Source: Eledone cirrhosa
Lineage: Eukaryota
DNA length: 64,000 nucleotides
Assembly (NCBI GenBank): GCA_964016885.1
Contig: OZ024744.1
Coordinates: 130,138,001 to 130,202,000 of the forward strand
Direction: 5' to 3'
Below, in pieces: positions 48,079 through 59,050 of this stretch (positions are counted from its first letter, which is position 1; the number at the start of each line of letters is the position of its first letter). Below the pieces are notes generated by a model. That model searched no databases. It was not told where the DNA came from and was given only the letters and a program-made list of their open reading frames with translations. Made by a program: the position numbers and the translations under genes.

Positions 48079-51000
48079 TTAAGTTAAGTGGGGGTTAAGT
48101 TAAGTTGGGGTTAAATTAAGTTCCGGTTAATTTAAGTTGGGGTTAAGTTAAGTTGGGGTTAAGTTAGGTTGGGGTTAATTTAAGTTGGGGGTAAGTTAAG
48201 TTGGGGGTAAGTTCAGTTGGGGTTAAGTTAAGTTGGGGTTGAGTTAAGTTGGGGCTAAGTTAAGTTAGGGTTATGTTAAGTTGGGGTTAATTTAAGTTGG
48301 GGTTAAGTTAAGTTGGGGTTCAATTAAGTTGCGGTTAATTTAAGTTGGGGTTAAGTTAAGTTGGGGTTAAGTTAAGTTGGGGTTAAGTTAAGTTGGGGTT
48401 AAGTTAAGTTGGGGTTAAGTTAAGTTGGGGTTAAGTTAAGTTGGGTTTAAGTTAAGTTGGGGTTAAGTTAAGTTGGGGTTAAGTTAAGTAGGGGTTAAGT
48501 TAAGTTGGGGTTAAGTTAAGTTGGGGTTAAGTTAAGTTGGGGTTAAGTTAATTTGTGGTTAAGTTAAGTTGGGGTTAAGTTAAGTTGGGGTTAAGTTCAG
48601 TCGGGGTTAAGTTAAGTCGGGGTTAATTTAAATTGGGGTTGAGTTAAGTTGGGGTTAAGTTAAGTTGGGGTTAAGATAAGTTGGGGTTAAGTTAAGTTGG
48701 GATTGAGTTAAGTTGGGGTTGAGTTAATTTGGGGTTAAGTTAAGTTGGAGTTAACTTAAGTTGGGTTTAAGTTAAGTTGGCGTTAAGTTAAGTTGGGGTT
48801 AAATTAAGTTGGGGTTAAGTTAAGTTGGGGGTAAGATAAGTTGGGGTTAGTTAAGTTGCGGTTAAGTTAAGTCGGGGTTACGTTAAGTTGGGGTAAAGTT
48901 AAGTTGGGGGTAAGTTAAGTTGGGGGTAAGTTAAGTTGGGGGTAAGTTAAGTTGGGGTTAATTTAAGTTAGGTCTAATTAAGTTGGGGTTAAGTTAAGTT
49001 GGGGTTAAATTAAGTTGGGGTTAAGTTAAGTTGGGGTTAAGTTAAGTTGGGGTTAAGTTAAGTTGCGGTTAAGTTAAGTTGAGGTTAAGTTAAGTAGGGG
49101 TTAAATTATGTTGGGGTTAAGTTAAGTTCGGGTTAAGTTAAGTTGGGGTTAAGTTGAGTTGGGGATAAGTTAAGTTGGGGATAAGTTAAGTTGGGGTTAA
49201 GTTAAGTTGGGTTTAAGTTAAGTTTGAGTTAAGTTAAGTTGGGGTTAAGTTAAGTTGGGGTTAATTTAAGTTGGGGTTAAGTTAAGTTGGGGTTAAGTTA
49301 AGTTGGGGTTAAGTTAAGTTGGGGTTAAGTTAAGTTGCGGTTAAGTTAAGTTGAGGTTAAGTTAAGTTGGGGTTAAGTTAAGTTGGGGTTAAGTTAAGTT
49401 GGGGCTAAGTTAAGTTGGGGCTAAGTTAAGTTGGGGCTAAGTTAAGTTGGGGTTAAGTTAACTTTGGGTTAAGTTAATTTGGGTTTGAGTTAAGTTGGGG
49501 TTAATTAAGTTGGGGTTAAGTTAAGTTGGGGTTAAGTTAAGTTGGGGTTAAGTTAAGTTGGGGTTAAGTTAAGTTGCGGTTAAGTTAAGTTGATGTTAAG
49601 TTAAGTTGATGTTAAGTTAAGTTGGGGTTAAGTTAAGTCGGGGTTAAGTTGAGGTGGGGTTAAGTTAAGTTGGGGTCAACTAAAGTTGGGGTTAAGTTAA
49701 GTTGGGGTTAACTTAAGTTGGGGTTAAATTAAGTTGGGGTTAAGTTGGGGTTAAATTAAGTTGGGGTTAAGTTAAGTTGGGGTTAAGTTAAATGGGGTTA
49801 AGTTAAGTTGCGGGTAATTTAAGTTGGGGTTAAGTTAAGTTGGGGTTAAGTTAAGTTAGGGTTAAGTTAAGTTGGGGTTGAATTAAGTTGGGGTTAAGTT
49901 AAGTTGGGCTTATGTTAAGTTGGGGTTAAGTTAAGTTGTGGTTAAGTTAAGTTGGGGTTAAATTAAGTTGCGGTTAAGTTAAGTTGGGGTTAAATTAAGT
50001 TGGGGTTAAGTTAAGTTGGGATTAAGTTAAGTTGGGGTTAAGTTAAGTTGGGGTTACGTTAAGTTGGGGTTAAGTTAGATTGTTGTTAAGTTAAGTTGGT
50101 GTTAAGTTAAGTTGGGGTTAATTTAAGTTGGGGTTAATTTAAGTTGGGTCTAATTAAGTTGGGGTTAAGTTAAGTTGGTGGTAAGTTAAGTTGGGGGATA
50201 GTTAAGATGGGGTTAAGTTAAGTTGGGGTTAATTTAATTTGGGGTTAAGTTAAGTTAGGGTTAAGTTAAGTTGGGGTTGAGTTAAGTCGGGGTTCAGTTA
50301 AGTTGGGGTTATGTTAAGTTGGGGTTAAGTTAAGTTGGGGTTAAGTTAAGTTGGGGTTCAATTAAGTTGAGGGTAATTTAAGTTGGGGTTAAGTTAAGTT
50401 GGGGGTACGTTAAGTTGGGGGTAAGTTAAGTTGGGGTTAAGTTAAGTTGGGGTTAAGTTAAGTCGGGGTTAATTTAAGTTGCGGTTAAGTTAAGTTGGGG
50501 TTAAGTTAAGTTGGGGTTAAGTTAAGTTGGGATTAAGTTAAGTTGGGGTTAAGTTAAGTTGGGGTTGAGTTAAGTTGGGGTTAATTTAGATTGTTGTTAA
50601 GTTATTTTGGGGTTGAGTTAACTTGGGGTTAAGTTAAGTTGGGGTTAAGTTAAGTCGGGGTTAATTTAAGTTGCGGTTAAGTTAAGTTGGGGTTAAGTTA
50701 AGTGGGGGTTAAGTTGAGTTGGGGTTAAGTTAAGTTGGGGTTAAGTTAAGTTGGGTTAAGTTAAGTTGGGGTTAAGATAAGTTGGGGTTAAGTTAAGTTG
50801 GGGTTGAGTTAACTTGGGGTTAAGTTAAGTTGGGGTTAAGTTAAGTTGGGGTTAAGTTAGGTTGGGGTTAAGTTATGTTGGGGGTAAGTTAAGTTGGGGG
50901 TAAGTTAAGTTGGGGGTAAGTTAAGTTGGGTCTAATTAAGTTGGGGTTAAGTTAAGTTGGGATTAAGTTAAGTTGGGGTTAAGTTAAGTTGGGGTTAAAT

Positions 51001-54000
51001 TAAGTTCGGGTTAAGTTAAGTTGGGGTTAAGTTAACTTGGGGTTAAGTTAAGTTGGGGTTAAGTTAAGTTGGGGTTAAGTTAGGTTGGGGTTAAGTTATG
51101 TTGGGGGTAAGTTAAGTTGGGGGTAAGTTAAGTTGGGGGTACGTTAAGTTGGGTCTAATTAAGTTGGGGTTAAGTTAAGTAGGGGTTAAGTTAAGTTGGG
51201 GTTAAGTTAAGTTGGGGTTAAGTTAAGTTGGGGTTAGGTTAAGTTGGGGCTAAGTTAAGTTGGGGTTAAGTTAAGTTGGGGTTACGTTAAGTTGGGGGTA
51301 AGTTAAGTTGGTGGTAAGTTAAGTGGGGGGTAAGTTAAGATGGGGTTAAGTTAAGTTGGGGTTAATTTAATTTGGGGTTAAGTTAAGTTGGGGTTAAGTT
51401 AAGTTGGGGTTAAGTTAAGTTGGAGTTAAGTTAAGTTGGGGGTAAGTTAAGTTGGGGTTAAGTTAAGTTGGGGTTAAGATAAGTTGGGGTTAAGTTAAGT
51501 TGGGGTTGAGCTAAGTTGGGGTTGAGTTAATTTGGGGTTAAGTTAAGTTGGGGTTAAGTTAAGTTGGGTTTAAGTTAAGTTGGGGTTAAGTTAAGTTGGG
51601 GTTAAATTAAGTTGGGGTTAAGCTAAGTTGGGGTTAAGTTAAATTGAGGTTAAGTTAAGTTGGGGTTAATTTAAGTTGGGGTTAAGCTAAGTTGGGGTTA
51701 AGTTAAATTGAGGTTAAGTTAAGTTGGGGTTAAGTTAAGTTGGGGTTAATTTAAGTTGGGGCTAAGTAAAGTTGGGGCTAAGTTAAGTGGGGGTTAAGTT
51801 AAGTTAGGGTTGAGTTAAGTTGGGGTTAAGTTAACTTTGGGTTAAGTTAAGTTGGGTTTGAGTTAAGTTGGGGTTAATTAAGTTGGGGTTAAGTTAAGTT
51901 GGGGTTAAGTTAAGTTGCGGTTAAGTTAAGTTGAGGTTAAGTTAAGTTGGGGTTAAGTGAAGTTGGAGTTAAGTTAAGTTGGGGCTAAGTTAAGTTGGGG
52001 CTAAGTTAAGTTGGGGCGTAGTTAAGTTGGGTTTAAGTTAAGTTGGGGTTAAGTTACGTTGGGGTTAATTTAAGTTGGGGTTAAGTTAAGTTGCGGGTAA
52101 TTTAAGTTGGGGTTAAGTTAAGTTGGGGTTAAGTTAAGTTGGGGTTAAGTTAAGTTGGGGGTAAGTTAAGTTGGGGGTAAGATAAGTTGGGGGTAAGTTA
52201 AGTTGGGGTTAAGTTAAGTTGGGGTTAAGTTAAGTTGGGGTTAAGTTAAGTTAGGGTTAAGTTAAGTTGGGGTTGAGTTAAGTTGGGGTTAAGTTAAGTT
52301 GGGGTTATGTTAAGTTGGGGTTAAGTTAAATTGGGGTTAATTTAACTTTGTGGTTAAGTTAAGTTGGGGTTAATTTAAGTTGGGGTTAAGTTAAGTTGGG
52401 GTTAAGTTAAGTTGGGGTTAAGTTAAGTTGGGGTTAATTTAAGTTGCGGTTAAGTTAAGTTGAGGTTAAGTTAAGTTGGGGTTAAGTTAAGTTGGGGTTA
52501 AGTTAAGTTGGGGCTAAGTTAATTTGGGGCTAAGTTAAGTTGGGGCTTAGTTAAGTTGGGGTTAAGTTAAGTTGGGGTTAAGTTAAGGTGGGGTTTAGTT
52601 AAGTTGGGGTCAACTAAAGTTGGGGTTAAGTTAAGTTGGGGTTTATTTAAGTTGGGGTTCAGTTAATTTGGGGTTAAGTTAAGTTTGGGTTAAGTTGGGG
52701 TTAAATTAAGTTGGGGTTAAGTTAAGTTGGGGTTAAGTTAAGTTGGGGTTAAGTTAAGTTGGGGTCAAGTTAAGTTGGGGTTAAGTTAAGTTGGGGGTAA
52801 GCTAAGTTGGGGGTAAGTTAAGTTGGTGTTAAGTTAAGTTGGGGTTAAGTTAAGTTGGGGTTAAGTTAAGTTGGGTTTAAGTTAAGTTGGGGCTGAGTTA
52901 AGTTAGGGCTAAGTTAAGTTGGAGTTAAGTAAAGTTAGGGCTAAGCTAAGTTGGGGTTAAGTTAAGTTGGGGTTAATTTAAGTTGGGGTTACATTAAGAT
53001 GAGGTTAAGTTAAGTTGGTGTTAAGTTAAGTTGGGGTTAATTTAAGTTGGGGTTAATTAAGTTGGGGTTAAGTTAAGTTGGGGTTAAGTTAAGTTGGGGT
53101 TAATTTCAGTTGGGGTTGAGTTAAGTTGGGGTTAAGTTTAGTTGGGGTTAAGTTAAGTTGGGGTTGAGTTAAGTTGGGGTTAAGTTAAGTTGGGGCTAAG
53201 TTAAGTTCGGGTTAAGTTAAGTTGGTGTTAAGTTAAGTTGGGGTTAAGTTAAGTTGGGGCTAAGTTAAGTTGGGTCTAAGTTAAGTTGGGGTTAAGTTAA
53301 GTTGGGGTTAAGTTTAGTTAGGGTTAATTTAATTTGGGGTTATGTTAAGTTGGGGTTAAGTTAAGTTGGGGTTAAGTTAGGTTGGTGTTAAGTTAAGTTG
53401 GGGGTAAGTTAAGTTGGGGGTAAGTTAAGTTGGTGTTAATTTAAGTTGGGGTTAAGTTAAGTTGGGGTTAATTTAAGTTGGGGTTAATTTAAGTTGGGGT
53501 TAAGTTAAGTTGGGGTTAAGTTAAGTTGGGGTTAAGTTAAGTTGGGGTAAGTTAAGTTGGGGTTAAGTTAAGTTGGGGTTAAGTTGGGGTTAAGTTAAGT
53601 TAGGGTTAACTTAAGTTGGGGTTAAGTTAAGTGGTGGTTATGTTAAGTGGTGGTTATGTTAACTTGGGGTTAAGTTAAGTTGGGGTTAAGTTAAATTGGG
53701 GTTAAGTTAAGTTGCGGTTAAGTTAAGTTGGGGTTACGTTAAGTTGGGGTTAAGTTAATTAGGGTTAAGTTAAGTTGGGGTTAAGTTAAGTTGGGGTTAA
53801 TTTAAGTTGCGGTTAAGTTAAGTTGGCGTTAAGTTAAGTTGGGGTTAAGTTAAGTTGGGATTAAGTTAAGTTGGGGTTAAGTTAAGTTGGGGTTAAGTTA
53901 AGTTGGGGGTAAGTTAAGTTGGGGGTAAGTTAAGTTGGGGGTAAGTTAAGTTGGGTCTAATTAAGTTGGGGTTAAGTTAAGTTGGGGTTACGTTAAGTTG

Positions 54001-56939
54001 GGGTTAAGTTAAGTTGGGGTTAAGTTAAGTTGGGGTTAGGTTAAGTTGGGGCTAAGTTAAGTTGGGGTTAAGTTAAGTTGGGGTTACGTTAAGTTGGGGG
54101 TAAGTTAAGTTGGTGGTAAGTTAAGTTGGGGGTAAGTTAAGATGGGGTTAAGTTAAGTTGGGGTTAATTTAATTTGGGGTTAAGTTAAGTTGGGGTTAAG
54201 TTAAGTTGGGGTTAAGTTAAGTTGGAGTTAAGTTAAGTTGGGGGTAAGTTAAGTTGGGGTTAAGTTAAGTTGGGGTTAAGATAAGTTGGGGTTAAGTTAA
54301 GTTGGGGTTGAGCTAAGTTGGGGTTGAGTTAATTTGGGGTTAAGTTAAGTTGGGGTTAAGTTAAGTTGGGTTCAAGTTAAGTTGGGGTTAAGTTAAGTTG
54401 GGGTTAAATTAAGTTGGGGTTAAGCTAAGTTGGGGTTAAGTTAAATTGAGGTTAAGTTAAGTTGGGGTTAATTTAAGTTGGGGTTAAGCTAAGTTGGGGT
54501 TAAGTTAAATTGAGGTTAAGTTAAGTTGGGGTTAAGTTAAGTTGGGGTTAATTTACGTTGGGGCTAAGTAAAGTTGGGGCTAAGTTAAGTGGGGGTTAAG
54601 TTAACTTTGGGTTAAGTTAAGTTGGGTTTGAGTTAAGTTGGGGTTAATTAAGTTGGGGTTAAGTTAAGTTGGGGTTAAGTTAAGTTGGGGTTAAGTTAAG
54701 TTGGGGTTAAGTTAAGTTGCGGTTAAGTTAAGTTGAGGTTAAGTTAAGTTGGGGTTAAGTGAAGTTGGGGTTAAGTTAAGTTGGGGTTTATTTAAGTTGG
54801 GGTTCAGTTAATTTGGGGTTAAGTTAAGTTTGGGTTTAGTTGGGGTTAAATTAAGTTGGGGTTAAGTTAAGTTGGGGTTAAGTTACGTTGGGGTTAATTT
54901 AAGTTGGGGTTAAGTTAAGTTGCGGGTAATTTAAGTTGGGGTTAAGTTAAGTTGGGGTTAAGTTAAGTTGGGGTTAATTTAAGTTGGGGTTAAGTTAAGT
55001 TGGGGTTAAGTTAAGTTGGGGTTAAGTTAAGTTGGGGTTAAGTTAAGTTGCGGTTGAGTTAAGTTGAGGTTAAATTAAGTTGGGGTTAAGTTAAGTTGGG
55101 GTTAAGTTAAGTTGGGGCTAAGTTAAGTTGGGGCTAAGTTAAGTTGGGGCTTAGTTAAGTTGGGGTTAAGTTAAGTTGGGGTTAAGTTAAGGTGGGGTTT
55201 AGTTAAGTTGGGGTCAACTAAAGTTGGGGTTAAGTTAAGTTGGGGTTTATTTAAGTTGGGGTTCAGTTAATATGGGGTTAAGTTAAGTTTGGGTTAAGTT
55301 GGGGTTAAATTAAGTTGGGGTTAAGTTAAGTTGGGGTTAAGTTAAGTTGGGGTTAAGTTAAGTTGGGGTTAAGTTAAGTTGGGGTTAAGTTAAGTTGGGG
55401 GTAAGTTAAGTTGGGGGTAAGTTAAGTTGGTGTTAAGTTAAGTTGGGGTTAAGTTAAGTTGGGGTTAAGTTAAGTTGGGTTTAAGTTAAGTTGGTGCTGA
55501 GTTAAGTTAGGGCTAAGTTAAGTTGGAGTTAAGTAAAGTTAGGGCTAAGTTAAGTTGGGGTTAAGTTAAGTTGGGGTTAATTTAAGTTGGGGTTAATTAA
55601 GTTGGGGTTAAGTTAAGTTGGGGTTAAGTTAAGTTGGGGTTAATTTCAGTTGGGGTTGAGTTAAGTTGGGGTTAAGTTTAGTTGGGGTTAAGTTAAGTTG
55701 GGGTTGAGTTAAGTTGGGGTTAAGTTAAGTTGGGGCTAAGTTAAGTTCGGGTTAAGTTAAGTTGGTGTTAAGTTAAGTTGGGGTTAAATTAAGTTGGGGC
55801 TAAGTTAAGTTGGGTCTAAGTTAAGTTGGGGTTAAGTTAAGTTGGGGTTAAGTTAAGTTAGGGTTAATTTAAGTTGGGGTTATATTAAGTTGGGGTTAAG
55901 TTAAGTTGGGGTTAAGTTAGGTTGGTGTTAAGTTAAGTTGGGGGTAAGTTAAGTTGGGGGTAAGTTAAGTTGGTGTTAAGTTAAGTTGGGGTTAAGTTAA
56001 GTTGGGGTTAAGTTAAGTTGGGTTTAAGTTAAGTTGGGGCTAAGTTAAGTTAGGGCTAAGTTAAGTTGGGGCTGAGTTAAGTTGGGGTTAAATTAAGTTG
56101 GGGTTAAGTTAAGTTGGGGTTAAGTTAAGGTGGGGTTAAGTTGAGTTGGGGTAAAGTTAAGTTGGGGTTAAGTTAAGTTGGGGTTAATTTAAGTTGGGGT
56201 TAAGTTAAGTTGGGGTTAATTTAAGTTGGGGTTAATTTAAGTTGGGGTTAAGTTAAGTTGGGGTTAAGTTAAGTTGGGGTTAAGTTAAGGTGGGGTTAAG
56301 TTGGGGTTAAGTTAAGTTAGGGTTAACTTAAGTTGGGGTTAAGTTAAGTGGTGGTTATGTTAAGTGGTGGTTATGTTAACTTGGGGTTAAGTTAAGTTGG
56401 GGTTAAGTTAAATTGCGGTTAAGTTAAGTTGCGGTTAAGTTAAGTTTGGGTTAAGTTAAGTTGGGGTTAAGTTAATTAGGGTTAAGTTAAGTTGGGGTTA
56501 AGTTAAGTTGGGGTTAAGTTAAGTTGCGGTTAAGTTAAGTTGGCGTTAAGTTAAGTTGGGGTTAAGTTAAGTTGGGATTAAGTTAAGTTGCGGTTAAGTT
56601 GGGGTTAAGTTAAGTTGGGGTTAAGTTAGATAGTTGTTAAGTTAAGTTGGGGTTAAGTTAAGTTGGGGTTAAGTTAAGTTGGGGTTAATTTAAGTTGGGG
56701 TAAAGTTAAGTCGGGGTTAAGTTGAGTTGGGGTTAGGTTAAGTTGGGGTTAAGTTAAGTTGGGGTTAAGTTAAGTTGGGGTTAAGATAAGTTGGGGTTAA
56801 GTTAAGTTGGGGTTGAGTTAAGTTGGGGTTGAGTTAATTTGGGGTTAACTTAAGTTGGGGTTAACTTAAGTCGGGATTAAGTTAAGTGGGGGTTAAGTTA
56901 AGGGGGGGTTTAGTTAAGTTGGGGTTTAGTTAAGTTGGG

Positions 56940-59050
56940 GTTAAGTTAAGTGGGGGTTAAGTTAAGTTAGGGTTGAGTTAAGTTGGGGTTAAGTTAACTT
57001 TGGGTTAAGTTAAGTTGGGTTTGAGTTAAGTTGGGGTTAATTAAGTTGGGGTTAAGTTAATTTGGGGTTAAGTTAAGTTGGGGGTTAATTGAGTTGGGGT
57101 TAAGTTAAGTTGCGGTTAAGTTAAGTTGAGGTTAAGTTAAGTTGGGGTTAAGTTAAGTTGGGGTTAAGTTAAGTTGGGGCTAAGTTAAGTTGGGGCTAAG
57201 TTAAGTTGGGGCTTAGTTAAGTTGGGGTTAAGTTAAGTTGGGGTTAAGTTAAGGTGGGGTTAAGTTAAGTTGGGGTCAACTAAAGTTGGGGTTAAGTTAA
57301 GTTAGGGTTAACTTAAGTTGGGGTTAAGTTAAGTTGGGGTTAAGTTAAGTTGGGGTTTATTTATGTTGGGGTTCAGTTAATTTGGGGTTAAGTTAAGTGT
57401 GGGTTAAGTTGGGGTTAAATTAATTTGGGGTTAAGTTAAGTTGGGGTTAAGTTAAGTTTGGGTTCAGTTAAGTTGGGGTTAATTTAAGTTGGGGTTAAGT
57501 TAAGTTGCGGGTAATTTAAGTTGGGGTTAAGTTAAGTTGGGGTTAAGTTAAGTTGGGGTTAAGTTAAGTTGGGGTTAAGTTAAGTTGGGTTTAAGTTAAG
57601 TTGGGGGTAAGTTAAGTTGGGGGTAAGTTAAGTTGGGGGTAAGTTAAGTTGGGGTTAAGTTAAGTTGGGGTTAAGTTAAGTTGGGGTTAAGTTAAGTTAG
57701 GGTTAAGTTAAGTTGGGGTTGAGTTAAGTTGGGGTTAAGTTAAGTTTGGGTTATGTTAAGTTGGGGTTAAGTTAAGTTGGGTCTAAGTTAAGTGGGGGTT
57801 AAGTTAAGTTAGGGTTGAGTTAAGTTGGGGTTAAGTTAAATTTGGGTTAAGTTAAGTTGGGTTTGAGTTAAGTTGGGGTTAATTAAGTTGGGGTTAAGTT
57901 AAGTTGGGGTTAAGTTAAGTTGGGGTTAAGTTGAGTTGGGGTTAAGTTAAGTTGCGGTTAAGTTAAGTTGAGGTTAAGTTAAGTTGGGGTTAAGTTAAGT
58001 TGGGGTTAAGTTAAGTTGGGGCTAAGTTAAGTTGGGGCTTAGTTAAGTTGGGGTTAAGTTAAGTTGGGGTTAAGTTAAGGTGGGGTTAAGTTAAGTTGGG
58101 GTCAACTAAAGTTGGGGTTAAGTTAAGTTGGGGTTAACTTAAGTTGGGGTTAAGTTAAGTTGGGGTTAAGTTAAGTTGGGGTTTATTTAGGTTGGGGTTC
58201 AGTTAATTTGGGGTTAAGTTAAGTTTGGGTTAAGTTGGGGTTAAATTAATTTGGGGTTAAGTTAAGTTGGGGTTAAGTTAAGTTGGGGTTAATTTAAGTT
58301 GGGGTTAAGTTAAGTTGCGGGTAATTTAAGTTGGGGTTAAGTTAAGTTGGGGTTAAGTTAAGTTGGGGTTAAGTTAAGTTGGGTTTAAGTTAAGTTGGGG
58401 GTAAGTTAAGTTGGGGGTAAGTTAAGTTGGGGGTAAGTTAAGTTGGGGTTAAGTTAAGTTGGGGTTAAGTTAAGTTAGGGTTAAGTTAAGTTGGGGTTGA
58501 GTTAAGTTGGGGTTAAATTAAGTTGGGGTTATGTTAAGTTGGGGTTAAGTTAAGTTGGGGTTAAGTTAAGTTGGGGTTAAGTTAAGTTGCGGTTAAGTTA
58601 AGTTGGGGTTAAGTTAAGTTGGGGTTAAGTTAAGTTGGGATTAAGTTAAGTTGGGGTTAAGTTAAGTTGGGGTTAAGTTAAGTTGGGGGTAAGTTAAGTT
58701 GGGGTTAAGTTAAGTTGCGGGTAATTTAAGTTGGGGTTAAGTTAAGTTGGGGTTAAGTTAAGTTGGGGTTAAGTTAAGTTGGGTTTAAGTTAAGTTGGGG
58801 GTAAGTTAAGTTGGGGGTAAGTTAAGTTGGGGGTAAGTTAAGTTGGGGTTAAGTTAAGTTGGGGTTAAGTTAAGTTAGGGTTAAGTTAAGTTGGGGTTGA
58901 GTTAAGTTGGGGTTAAGTTAAGTTGGGGTTATGTTAAGTTGGGGTTAAGTTAAGTTGGGGTTAAGTTAAGTTGGGGTTAAGTTAAGTTGCGGTTAAGTTA
59001 AGTTGGGGTTAAGTTAAGTTGGGGTTAAGTTAAGTTGGGATTAAGTTAAG
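56940..59050 (+). repeat. Right-flank local duplications: ~830-840 bp (56940-57790 / 57790-58560) and 400 bp (58300-58700 / 58700-59050)
   Basis: GTGGGGGTTAAGTTAAGTTAGGGTTGAG 56950/57792 and TTAAATTAATTTGGGG 57415/58241. TTGCGGGTAATTT 58315/58715 and GGGATTAAG 58637/59037. Confidence 0.75.

Larger units (their letters stand above)
8670..53400 (+). repeat. Central domain built from a recurring ~1.7 kb higher-order module
   Basis: The 17-bp marker monomer TTAATTTAACTTTGTGG (TTAACT part) is at about 9262, 10714, 13541, 16761, 20266, 22007, 28116, 30930, 32639, 35423, 38803, 42292, 44033, 46219 and 52342. It always lies in the same ordered string of variants. Adjacent intact modules are 1709-1741 bp apart. 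Confidence 0.85.
29677..53902 (+). repeat. Large tandem duplication, copy 2 (about 24.2 kb)
   Basis: Same marker order as 8009-29676. The offset steps through 21668, 21925, 21834, 21882, ~21962, 21930, 22042, 22026, 24211, 24227 and 24226. The largest step is an internal 2.19 kb duplication. Confidence 0.9.
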
